Assembly: GCA_965248765.1 (NCBI GenBank)
Contig: CBDFKF010000001.1
Span: 134,772-198,771, forward strand
DNA length: 64,000 nucleotides
From: Alphaproteobacteria bacterium
GTDB taxonomy: Bacteria; Pseudomonadota; Alphaproteobacteria; VGEJ01
Reading direction: 5' to 3'
Shown here: piece after piece, positions 30,647 to 40,209 of the stretch
Position numbering within the stretch: position 1 is the first letter of the stretch
Layout of the letters: the number at the start of each line of letters is the position of its first letter
The notes under the pieces: generated by a model
Database searches by the model: none
The model's input: only the letters and a program-made list of their open reading frames with translations
What the model was told of the DNA's origin: nothing
Made by a program: the position numbers and the translations under genes

Positions 30647-32309
30647 CCCGGATTCCCTAGATAGATTGCAATTTTACTGACCTTGGGCGCCGATTCTAAT
30701 ATAAGAATCAATAGCTTGTCACTACTTTGGGGGCTCGGTCATAGCGTACCCGATGGGTGAAGCAAAATTGGAGCCTTCGGGTCGATTTCGACCGGCGCCT
30801 GAAGCTGGAATTCCACGGCAGCGACATCTCATCCGATGGTGGTCTTCTTCCCTACCGCGAGCTCGACGATGCTCTCGGGCTGACCGAGCTGGGCGGAGAG
30901 GTTCTGTCGGAGACGCGGCGTGGCAAGAACACCCGACATATCCTGGTGGGACTTCTTCGGCAATCAGTGTTCGGCCGTCTTGCTGGTTATGAGGACGTGA
31001 ACGATGCCCAGCGCCTGTCGCACGATCCCGTCATGCGCGCCATCGTGGACCGTAAGGGCCTGCCTCGACCAGCCAGATGGGAAGGTTCGAGACGGAATGG
31101 CTGGCGACGGATGATAACCTGGCGGCATTGACCGCCCTGTCCGGCGTTTGGATCGACCGGGTGCACGACCGCCGACCGCCGAAGATGATCATCCTCGACA
31201 TGGACAGCAGCGTCAGCCCGACCCATGGCGGACAGGAAGGAACCGCCTACAACGGCCATTTCGGCTGCTCCTGTTACCATCCGCTGTTCTGCTTCAACCA
31301 GTTCGGCGATCTTGAACGGTGCGCCCTGCGTCCCGGCAACGTGCATAGCGCCCATGGCTGGCGCGAGGTGCTGGAGCCGGTCGTTGAAAGATACCGAAAA
31401 CGGAAGCTGCGGCGCTACTTTCGTGCCGATGCCGCCTTCGCCTCGCTGGAGGTGTACGAGTTCCTGGAGGCTGAGGGCTTCCTGTATGCGATCCGCCTTC
31501 CTGCCAATCGAGTGCTGTGGGAATACATCGCGCACCTGCTCACGCGACCGGTTGGCCGTCCGCCTAATCATGTACGACGCTACTACGCCAGCTTCGGCTA
31601 CCGGGCCAAGAGCTGGGACAAGGCCCGCCGCGTCGTGGCCAAGGTGGAGTGGCATCCCGGCGAGCTGTTTCCCCGTGTCGGGTTCATCGTCACCAATCTC
31701 AGCCGGCCTGCCGAGCGGGTGGTGGCCTTCTACAATCGGCGCGGCACGGCGGAGCAGCACATCAAGGAGGGCAAGAACGCCATCAACTGGACACGGCTTT
31801 CCTGCCACGGCTTCCGCAACAACGAGGTGCGCCTTCAGCTGCACGCGCTCGCCTACAACCTGGGCAACTTCCTGCGCACGCTTGCGCTGCCCGAGGCGGT
31901 GGAACATTGGTCGCTGACGACGCTTCGGGAAAAGCTAATCAAGATCGGCGCCAAAGTCGTGCGCCACGGTCGCTATATCACGTTCCAACTCGCCGAAGTC
32001 GCAATCTCGAGAAGCCTGTTCGCAAACATCCTGTGCCTGATTGATGATCTGCGACCAGACCCCCTACCGCCATGACGGCGTTCCAGCCTGCTGCATCGAG
32101 GTCGATCGACAGGCTGGGTTGTGCGCTGTCCATGCCACGGCGCGCCCCCGGAACGTGAAATGACCATTGGGCACGGTCTCGCATCGCCCAATCAGCCCGA
32201 TAAAGGCCCGATCACGACCTGCCAAGCCAGTTTGGAGGCGGATTGGTGTTGGGGCGCCCGGAGTGTTACCGTCGTTGGCAACCGCGGAGAGCCATCTGGG
32301 GAATCCCGG
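30647..32309 (+). mobile_element. IS1380-family insertion sequence, 1,663 bp
   Basis: 16-bp imperfect IRs CCCGGATTCCCTAGAT / ATCTGGGGAATCCCGG; 5-bp TSD CTCAT at 30642-30646 and 32310-32314. Confidence 0.93.
30753..32075 (+). pseudogene. IS1380 transposase with two 5' frameshifts (about 30773 and 31060)
   Basis: SSDGGLL, LDMDSS, YHPL, RADAAF, YNRRGTAEQHIKEGK; N-terminal part spread over three frames. Confidence 0.88.
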
Positions 32310-32588
32310 CTCATATACCGGCAGGCTTTGCGGATCGCTGAAAAGGCCTTCGATCCGGGGCATCCGAGCGTAACGACGATCCTCCTAAACTATTCCTTGT
32401 TGCTCACAGACCTCGGGCGTAGCGTGGAGGCACGAGAGCTGAAGAAACGCGCAGACGAGTGGCACACCGTTGAAGTAAGCGACGATGGTTTGGAGGTGCC
32501 GATTTCCTACCACTGAAAGTATCTGAAAGACCGTTTGGTAATTGTCTCGACCACAATGTGTCCACTGAAGAAACCCAGGGAGGGCGTG

Positions 32589-33992
32589 ATGGACGATAGA
32601 GCATACCAGGTCTACAAGCGGACGATGGCCCTGGCGGAACATCACCGCAGAACGGCGGTGACCCGGCGGCGCATGATGCAGCTCACCGCGGCGAGCTCGA
32701 TCGCCGCAATTACTGCAAACTTTGCGCCGCGGGAGGTCCAGGCGGATGTATCGGGCAAGTTGGTGCACTTCTCGGCCGCTGGCAAACGGCTGGATGGCGC
32801 CTGTCGTGAAGTGATCCCGTTATTCCAGAAGCTGTACCCCAACGTCGACATCGAACTCGCGTCGATCCCGATGAGCGAGTTCGAACGCAAGACGCTCACG
32901 ACCATGCGCAACAAGAGCGACGCGTACGACACGATCCTGGTGGACTACGGTTTCTGTACGACCCTCGACAAGATGGGGGCGATGGTGCCGCTTCAACCCT
33001 ACGTCGATCAGGATCCTGGGTGGTACGAGGACTACGTGAACGACGTCAGCGAGGCCTACCGGCTCTTCTACAACGTGCCGCTCGGCGACCCGAATGGGAC
33101 GCTCTACGGTTTGGCTTTCGATGGCAACGTCAACATTCAATACTACCGCAAGGACGTCTTCGAGAAGAAAGGGCTCAAGCCCCCGTTGGTTTGGGACGAG
33201 GTGCTCGACGTCGTCAAAGAGCTGCATGATCCGGACCGTGAGGTGTACGGATTCGCGGCTCACCTGAAGCGCGACTTCTGGGCCGGGATTCCGTTTTACG
33301 CGATCATGCTGGCCCACGGTGGCAACTGGTTCGACAAGAATGAGCCGGGCGGCTGGAATCCCCAGTTTGAAAGCGAAGCCGGATATCAGGCGCTCAACTA
33401 CCTTACCCAGCTCAAGCCCTATGCCCATCCACTGTCAGCAAACGCCGGGGAAGATGAGATCAACACCACGTTTGCCGACGGCAGCTCGGTGTACAGCCCG
33501 ACCTCGATGGGCGCCGCGGTGGTCAACGATGCGTCGTTCTCGAGGCATCACGCGGACTGGTTCTTCGAGATAGTGCCGCGCGGCGCCAACGCCGAGGGCG
33601 TTCACAAGTCGATATCCGGGGGATTTGGCAACATTGTCCCCACCTTCGCCTCGAACCACGATCTCGCGTTCTTGTGGACGAAGTTCATGTGTTCGGGTGA
33701 CAGGGACTACCCCGAGATTGGGGACGTCCAGGTCGCGGCCGGTGGCCAGCCTGCGCGGACGACGACGCTTAACCGCTACCGAGCGCAGAAGCCCTATCTC
33801 GACGGGTTGATGCGGTCTTACCCCTACGTGACCCCGTGGATCGTCAACATCCCCGAGGGCTTCACCATCATGGTTCTCATAGGTGAAGAAACGGCGGATG
33901 CGTTCAACGGCGTTATCGACATCGAGACCGCGCTCAAGAACATGGACAAGAAAGTCCGCCGGCTGATGGAGAAGTCAGGCTACTACGGCTAA
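32589..33992 (+). CDS. Carbohydrate-type ABC transporter substrate-binding protein, Tat signal
   Basis: TRRRMMQL twin-arginine motif; YYRKDVF..GLKPP..WDE. Confidence 0.9.
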   Translation: MDDRAYQVYKRTMALAEHHRRTAVTRRRMMQLTAASSIAAITANFAPREVQADVSGKLVHFSAAGKRLDGACREVIPLFQKLYPNVDIELASIPMSEFERKTLTTMRNKSDAYDTILVDYGFCTTLDKMGAMVPLQPYVDQDPGWYEDYVNDVSEAYRLFYNVPLGDPNGTLYGLAFDGNVNIQYYRKDVFEKKGLKPPLVWDEVLDVVKELHDPDREVYGFAAHLKRDFWAGIPFYAIMLAHGGNWFDKNEPGGWNPQFESEAGYQALNYLTQLKPYAHPLSANAGEDEINTTFADGSSVYSPTSMGAAVVNDASFSRHHADWFFEIVPRGANAEGVHKSISGGFGNIVPTFASNHDLAFLWTKFMCSGDRDYPEIGDVQVAAGGQPARTTTLNRYRAQKPYLDGLMRSYPYVTPWIVNIPEGFTIMVLIGEETADAFNGVIDIETALKNMDKKVRRLMEKSGYYG

Positions 33993-34021
33993 ACGCGTTC
34001 CGGCGTGGCGCGAATCAAGAC

Positions 34022-34960
34022 GTGAGTAAGGTGCGGAGTGAGACCTGGCTGCCGCCACGGGCAGCCAGGTCCCGCCGCCTCTTGTGGGGTGGTTACGGGT
34101 ATCTGCTGCCGTGCCTGATAATCCTGTTCGGATCGGCGATCTTTCCCCTGTTCTACGCGGGTTGGGTCTCGTTTAGATACGAGCCGCTGTTCGACCCGAC
34201 GATTGCTCATTTCATCGGCTGGGAGAACTACGAGGAGCTGTTCGACGACGTCCGCTTCTGGGAGAGTATGCGCCTCACCATCCTTTGGACGATTGTCGTC
34301 GTCAGCATCCAGATGGTCTTGGGCTTTCTCGTCGCTGCCCTTCTCGATCGCAGGATGCGCGGGATCGGGATCCTCCGCACATTGTTGATCATCCCGGTGT
34401 TCATCTCACCGGTCGCCATGGGGCTGACCTGGCGCTTCATCTTCGAGCCGGTCAATGGGCTCGCCAATTGGATCCTTCACTCCGCGTTGGGCCTCGAAAA
34501 GGCGACCTGGCTTTCGAGCACCGACACCGCGCTCAGCACCATCATGATCGTCGACTGCTGGCAATGGACGCCGTTCGTCGCTCTGATTCTCCTAGCCGGC
34601 CTGCAGAGCATTCCTGTGGAAGTCACCGAGGCGGCTCGCTTGGACCGGGTGCGGGGCATCACCTACTACATGCGCATCGCCATACCCATGATCCGGCCCG
34701 TCATCCTCGTCGTTCTTTTGATCCGGCTAGTGGATTCCATCCGCATCTTCGATGTCGCCTATATTATGACCAAAGGCGGACCCGGCAGCTCCACGCTGTT
34801 GGCGAGCGTCAACGCGTATTTTACGTTCGAAGCGCATCTCATCGGCAAGATGGCCGCCTACGGGTTCTTCATACTCCTGCTCGTCAACATCATCGTCGTT
34901 CTATTTCTGAACACGCTCTACCGCCAGGAAAAGGCAGCCCGGGCCCAGGCAACGCCATGA
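34022..34960 (+). CDS. Carbohydrate ABC transporter permease
   Basis: WQWTPF..LILLAGLQSIP..EAARLD; TKGGPG. Confidence 0.92.
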   Translation: MSKVRSETWLPPRAARSRRLLWGGYGYLLPCLIILFGSAIFPLFYAGWVSFRYEPLFDPTIAHFIGWENYEELFDDVRFWESMRLTILWTIVVVSIQMVLGFLVAALLDRRMRGIGILRTLLIIPVFISPVAMGLTWRFIFEPVNGLANWILHSALGLEKATWLSSTDTALSTIMIVDCWQWTPFVALILLAGLQSIPVEVTEAARLDRVRGITYYMRIAIPMIRPVILVVLLIRLVDSIRIFDVAYIMTKGGPGSSTLLASVNAYFTFEAHLIGKMAAYGFFILLLVNIIVVLFLNTLYRQEKAARAQATP

Positions 34961-35778
34961 CTACGACACCCTTGCAGCGGTGTTTGAACTGGCTCGCGGT
35001 CATTGTCGTTGGGCTATGGCTCGTTCCCGTAGTGTGGGTGGCGCTCAACTCGATCAAGCCCAACTACGACATCAACTCGCCGGTGCCGGTCGTTTTCGAT
35101 TTCGAGCCAACGACGGACCACTACTTTGAGATTTTCGACCGCTTCCAGTTCGACGAAGCGATCGCCAACAGCCTTATCGTAGTGGGGCTTTCGACGCTGA
35201 TCGTGATGTTGATTGCAATGCCGGCCGCCTATGCCTGCGCGCGGATTGGGCTGAAGGGCGCCGACACCTGGGCAGTCGTTATTCTCTCCCTGCGGTTTAT
35301 GCCCGCGGTGGTCGTCGTTCTCCCCTACTACATGATGGCGACCTGGGTCGATCTGGTCGACAGTCGGACGGTTCTGATCGTCGTTTATATCGCGTTCGGG
35401 CTGCCGTTCGCGGTCTGGGTCCTACGCGGATTTCTGTTGGACCTTCCGCGGGAAGTCGAGGAGGCGGCACGCCTGGACGGGTTGAGGCGATTGCAGATCA
35501 TCTGGCGCATCATTCTGCCAATGGCGATGCCGGGGGTGGCGGTAACGACGATATTTACGTTCGTATTCAGCTGGAATGAGTTCCTGTTTGCGCTGTTCCT
35601 GACTGACTACAAGGCGACAACCATTCCGGTCGCCCTGCAGAAAACGATAGATCAATACAATGTGCTGTGGGGCTCGCTGAGCGCCGGCGCAGTGATCCAG
35701 CTGTTGCCAATGCTCGTGGTGGTGTTCCTGCTGCAGCGCCACATCGCCCGCGGCCTCGCGCTCGGCGCCGTCAAGTAA
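34957..35778 (+). CDS. Carbohydrate ABC transporter permease
   Basis: EEAARLDG, FSWNEFLFAL, GLALGAVK; ATGA overlap. Confidence 0.92.
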   Translation: MTTTPLQRCLNWLAVIVVGLWLVPVVWVALNSIKPNYDINSPVPVVFDFEPTTDHYFEIFDRFQFDEAIANSLIVVGLSTLIVMLIAMPAAYACARIGLKGADTWAVVILSLRFMPAVVVVLPYYMMATWVDLVDSRTVLIVVYIAFGLPFAVWVLRGFLLDLPREVEEAARLDGLRRLQIIWRIILPMAMPGVAVTTIFTFVFSWNEFLFALFLTDYKATTIPVALQKTIDQYNVLWGSLSAGAVIQLLPMLVVVFLLQRHIARGLALGAVK

Positions 35779-35984
35779 GGCAGGGAATATTGGGACGCCT
35801 CCCGCAGGCACAGGGATTAACTTTCGGGCCGGCGACTTACTTGCGGCAACACCAACCCTTCCATGTCGGCTCCTGGCTATTCGTAGCCGTCGTATCCACG
35901 GTCGAGGTGTGACCGCTCTCGCCTTGAGAACGGTCGTCAACGCCCGGGGCAAAACAAGATGCGCCTGATGGAAGCGCGTCGGGG

Positions 35985-36734
35985 TTAGGGGAGCGCGGTG
36001 ATGCCGCCGTCGACGATCAGCTCGGTGCCGGTGATGTAGCTCGCCTTGTCGGAGAGCAGGAACAGGCAGGCATTCGCCATGTCCTCGGGCGTGCCGATGC
36101 GGCCCAAGGGCACCGCGCCCGCGATCGCGGCCTGGACGTCGGCCTTGCCTTCCCACCGGGCCTGCATCGGCGTCATCGTCGCGCCCGGCAGGATGACGTT
36201 GGAGCGGATACCCTCACCCGCGAACTGGACGGCGATCGATTTGGACAGCGTGCGGATCGCGCCCTTGGAGGCGCCGTAAGCCTCCTGCGGCTTGGGATCG
36301 CCCCTGAGCGCCTGGACCGAGGAAAAATGGACCATGGCGCCGCCGCCGGCCTTGCGCATCTCCGGGATGACGTGGCGCGCGGTCAGCACGAACGATTTCA
36401 GGTTGATGGCGAGCACCACGTCCCAGACGTCGAGATCCATGTCGAGGAGGGATTTATCGCGGTCCAACCACAGCACGCCAGTGGTGTTCACGAGGTAGTC
36501 GAGGCGGCCGAACGCGGCCACCGTCTCGGCCACCGCGCTGGCGACGAAGGCCTCATCGGTCGCATCGCCGCGGTGATAGCGGTGCAGGCCAGGGCCCGCG
36601 GCAATGTCGGCGGGTCTCTCCTTGAGATCGAGCAGCGCGGTGTCGCAGCCCTCAGCGATGAGCGCGTTGGCGATGGCGAGACCCATGCCGCCGCCGGCGC
36701 CGGCGACCAGCGCCGCCTTGTCGGCAAAGCTCAC
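35985..36734 (-). CDS. Short-chain dehydrogenase/reductase (intact parent of the 3'-end copies)
   Basis: [23 protein letters not shown]. Confidence 0.92.
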   Translation of the reverse strand: MSFADKAALVAGAGGGMGLAIANALIAEGCDTALLDLKERPADIAAGPGLHRYHRGDATDEAFVASAVAETVAAFGRLDYLVNTTGVLWLDRDKSLLDMDLDVWDVVLAINLKSFVLTARHVIPEMRKAGGGAMVHFSSVQALRGDPKPQEAYGASKGAIRTLSKSIAVQFAGEGIRSNVILPGATMTPMQARWEGKADVQAAIAGAVPLGRIGTPEDMANACLFLLSDKASYITGTELIVDGGITALP

Positions 36735-36765
36735 GGCATCGTCTCCCCTGCCCTACGCGGCACTA

Positions 36766-37622
36766 TCATGCAGACAGCGCGGCCAGATCATCAGGGAGCA
36801 AGCGCAACCGCGCGGCAGCGACGTTCTCCTCGAGATGCGCCACCGAGGAGGTCCCCGGAATGGGTAGCATCACCGGCGAGCGGGCGAGCAGCCAGGCGAT
36901 CCCGAGCTGGACGGGAGTCGCGTCGGTGCGGGTGGCGATCCGCGCGAGCCCGCGCATCTCGCCGCGGTTGCCCGCGCCCAGGGGAGGAACGCGATTCCCT
37001 CGCGCTCGCACTCCACCAGCACGTCGTCGGACGAGCGGTCGGTGTGGTTGAAGCGGTTTTGCACGGCCTCGATGGGCACGATCGCGCGGGCGCGGCGCAG
37101 CTCCTCGACACTCACGTTGGAGAGGCCGATGTGGCGGATCTTGCCCTGGGTCTTAAGGTCAGCAAGCGCGCCGACCGAATCCTCCAGGGGCACACGCCGG
37201 TCGACCGTGTGGAGCTGATAGAGATCGATGCGTTCGAGCTTGAGACGCTTGAGGCTGGCCTCGCAGGCGCCACGCAGGTGCTGAGGCCGGCAGTCCGGGT
37301 CCCAGCGCTCGCGCCGCGGGCGCACCACCCCGCCCTTGGTCGCGATCACCAGGCCCTCAGGGTATGGATGCAGGGTCTCGGCGATGCGGCTCTCGCTGAC
37401 CTCGGGCCCGCAGGCATCGGCGGTGTCGATCAGGGTAATGCCGAGGTCGACAGCGCGCCGCAGCACGTGCCCGGCTTTCTCAGGATCAGGCTCGCCCCAG
37501 GACCCGGGACCGGTCAGCCGCATGGCCCCGAACCCGAGCCGGTCGACCACGAGATCGTCACCGAGCTTCAGGGTTCCTCCCGGGCGATCGCAGTCAGGCG
37601 TAGCCGCCGGTCTCCGGGGCAT
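36766..37622 (-). pseudogene. Aldo/keto reductase with frameshift at about 36980
   Basis: LGFGAMRL, IDTAD, IDLYQLH, HIGLSN in one frame; [24 protein letters not shown] in another. Confidence 0.85.
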
Positions 37623-37716
37623 AGCATCACTCCTTGTCAGCGCGCGACGCTAGCCCATTTCTTCTGGCGGCGCACCGCGTGTTCGGACGTGACGCTAACT
37701 TGCCAGGCGGTTGACG

Positions 37717-38685
37717 CTAGAGCAGCGCGATCAAACGTGTGAGCTCGGCGGCGCGTTCGGCGATGATCTGGCGGGCTTCGGCCTTCAGGTTCTCGATATT
37801 ACCGGCGGTGGCGGCATCCATGTCGTCGAGCGCGAGGTCGAGCGCGGTGTCGAAGCGGAAGTATCGCTGCTGATCGGCCGCCGTTTCATCGGGCAGAAGG
37901 TGCCGGAGGTGGTAGTCCGCCGCATCGGCCTCGCCGTCCATCATCACGCTGATGATCGGGCGCACCCAGCCGAGCGCGCCCCAGTCCTTGGCGTCCTCGT
38001 AGGCGATCTTGCGTGTCGCGATCTCGGTGCCGAGCGAGACCATCACGATGTCGTCGGGCCTGGCGCCAAGCGAAAAGGCCTCGACAAAGGCGCACATCGC
38101 AGGATTGTTCGCGAACACGCCGCCATCGATGAGAACGCGGCGGGTGCGGCTCGCCGCGAGGCTCGGGACAACCTCGGGCTCGAAAAAGGTGGGCGCCGCC
38201 GAGGTCGCGCGGGCGACATCCCTGAGGAGGTGGTTGCGGTCCTGATCATCCCGCGCCTTGCTCGTCTTAAAGAAGTAGGGCGATCGTTGCTCGATGTCAT
38301 AGCTGGTGGCGACGATGGGCTTTATGCAGTCGGTGAGCGTCGCACTGCCCAAGTACTCCCTAAGAAGATTCTCCAATGGCGCGTGATCGTACTGCTCGTC
38401 GATAGCCCCGCCGAGAGAGGTGATCCCCCGCCAAAAGGAACGCGCGAAGAGCTCCCGGCCGCCATCGGCGTATAGCGTGAGCATGTCCTCAGCGCGGAAC
38501 TTCGGCGCGCCGCCGTGTCCCGGCACGGTCAGTCCGGCCGCGAGAATCCCGCCGGTGGACGTGCCGACGAGAAGATCGAACAGGCTGGCGATGGGTGTGC
38601 CGGTCCGTTCCTCGATGTGCTGGAGGAGGACCGCCGGTATCACTCCGCGAATGCCGCCGCCATCGATCGACAACACTTTGAACAT
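37717..38685 (-). CDS. Patatin-like phospholipase
   Basis: DGGGIRG, GTSTG nucleophile, TSAAPTFF, DGG. Confidence 0.93.
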   Translation of the reverse strand: MFKVLSIDGGGIRGVIPAVLLQHIEERTGTPIASLFDLLVGTSTGGILAAGLTVPGHGGAPKFRAEDMLTLYADGGRELFARSFWRGITSLGGAIDEQYDHAPLENLLREYLGSATLTDCIKPIVATSYDIEQRSPYFFKTSKARDDQDRNHLLRDVARATSAAPTFFEPEVVPSLAASRTRRVLIDGGVFANNPAMCAFVEAFSLGARPDDIVMVSLGTEIATRKIAYEDAKDWGALGWVRPIISVMMDGEADAADYHLRHLLPDETAADQQRYFRFDTALDLALDDMDAATAGNIENLKAEARQIIAERAAELTRLIALL

Positions 38686-38739
38686 GGCCTCCTCCTCTCG
38701 TGGGTGCGCCCGACGCCGCGGAGCCGATAGCCGCGCGGT

Positions 38740-39843
38740 TCAGAAGGTGACGACGCTGCGCAGTGTGTCGCCGGCCTCCAGCGCCTCGTAGGCCTGGTTG
38801 ATTTCCTCGAGCGGGTAGCTGCGCGAGAGCAGCTCATCCAACTTGAGGCGGCCGGCCCGATAGAGATCGATCAACGTCGGAATGTCGGTCCGCGGCGCCG
38901 CCGAGCCGTAGATCGAGCCGGTCAGCACCCGCTCCTCATAGACCAGCGACAGCGCCGGCACCGTCACCTCGGCGGTGGTCGGCGGGATGCCCACAACCAT
39001 CGCCACACCGCGCTTGGCCAGGGAGTCGTACGCCTGCCGTATGGTCTCGGGTAGCCCGATCACTTCAAACGCGTAGTCGACGCCTTTGCCACCGGTGAGC
39101 GCGCGAATCTGCTCGACCGGGTCGCCGGCGGCGGCATTCACCGCATGGGTGGCGCCGAACCGTCTGGCGTGGTCCAGCCGGCTTGCGAGGAGATCGACGG
39201 CGATGATCTTCTCGGCTCCGGCCAGGACCGCTCCTTGCACCACGTTGATGCCAACGCCGCCGGTGCCGAACACCGCCACCGTGCGCCCCGGCCGCACCTC
39301 GGCCGCGTTGACCACGGCGCCGACGCCGGTGATCACGGCACAGCCGAGCAGCGCCGCCCGTTCGAGCGGCAGGTCGTCGGGGATCTTCAGCACCGCTTTC
39401 TCAGGCACTACCGTGTAGTGGGAAAAGCTGGAGACGCCGGCGAAGTGCTTGATCTCTTGGCCATCGAGGCTGAAGCGGCTGGTGCCGTCGGCCAGAAGGC
39501 CCGACCAGCGAACCCCGACGCCGACCGGACACAGCGCCGGACGCCCGCCGGTGCAGTACTCGCACTCGCCGCACGACAGGCGCCACAGCGGGATCACGTG
39601 GTCGCCGGGTCGCAACGAGGTCACGCCTGCGCCGACGTCGGCGACGATGCCGGCCCCTTCGTGACCGAGGATCGCCGGAAGCGGTGCGCTCAGGTGACCG
39701 GTGGTGACGTGAAGGTCGCTGTGACAGACCCCGCCCGCGACCATCCGGATGCGCACCTCGCCCGGGCCCGGGTCCTGTACGTCGACCTCGCGGATCTCGA
39801 GCTTCTGGCCCACCTCAAAGAGAATCGCCGCTCGGGATTTCAT
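38740..39843 (-). CDS. Zn-dependent alcohol dehydrogenase (class III-like)
   Basis: CHSD, GHEGAG, CGECEYC, GTGGVG. Confidence 0.93.
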   Translation of the reverse strand: MKSRAAILFEVGQKLEIREVDVQDPGPGEVRIRMVAGGVCHSDLHVTTGHLSAPLPAILGHEGAGIVADVGAGVTSLRPGDHVIPLWRLSCGECEYCTGGRPALCPVGVGVRWSGLLADGTSRFSLDGQEIKHFAGVSSFSHYTVVPEKAVLKIPDDLPLERAALLGCAVITGVGAVVNAAEVRPGRTVAVFGTGGVGINVVQGAVLAGAEKIIAVDLLASRLDHARRFGATHAVNAAAGDPVEQIRALTGGKGVDYAFEVIGLPETIRQAYDSLAKRGVAMVVGIPPTTAEVTVPALSLVYEERVLTGSIYGSAAPRTDIPTLIDLYRAGRLKLDELLSRSYPLEEINQAYEALEAGDTLRSVVTF

Positions 39844-39970
39844 CGTTGCCACACTCCCGCTCACCGGGCGCGCCGCGCCCAGGAGCATCTTAAGGCGGCG
39901 CCAAGACCTTCGCCCACCGTATTCCCTTCAAGGACTCCAAGGGCGTTCCGGGGATCCAGCGCTCGCCCGG

Positions 39971-40204
39971 CTATTGCAAGGCGGCCACCACGAGCGTGAT
40001 CAGGATCAGAAAGGCGACGACCGCACCCACGACGAGGCCGGCCGCCAGCCAGGGCCGCGGCCGCTTATCGAGGTTGACGCGCTCCTCGGCCATGCCCTTG
40101 GCGCGTTCGGGGTGAGACGACCGCTGGTAGAGTTGTTCGGCCTGGGCGAATTCCTTGCGCGCCAGCTCAATATTGCCGTTGCGCCGGTAGTAGCGGGCGA
40201 GGTC
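39971..40204 (-). pseudogene. C-terminal fragment of a TPR-like membrane-anchored protein
   Basis: Startless frame DLARYYRRNGNIELARKEFAQAEQLYQRS...WLAAGLVVGAVVAFLILITLVVAALQ*. Confidence 0.5.
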
Positions 40205-40209
40205 GCGGC

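Larger units (their letters stand above)
30321..32516 (+). pseudogene. Exported TPR (kinesin light chain-like) protein interrupted by IS1380
   Basis: Removing the IS and one TSD restores LGADHPNVAVRLNDLA...ADL-IYRQALRIAEKAFDPGHPSV. Confidence 0.85.

Noticed and set aside
30753-31131. Programmed translational frameshift in the transposase
   Set aside because: IS1380 transposases are normally single ORFs, no slippery heptamer is seen, and residues appear to be missing at the second site.
37717-38685. Patatin as a CBASS CapV effector
   Set aside because: No CD-NTase or other CBASS gene nearby; it lies among metabolic genes.
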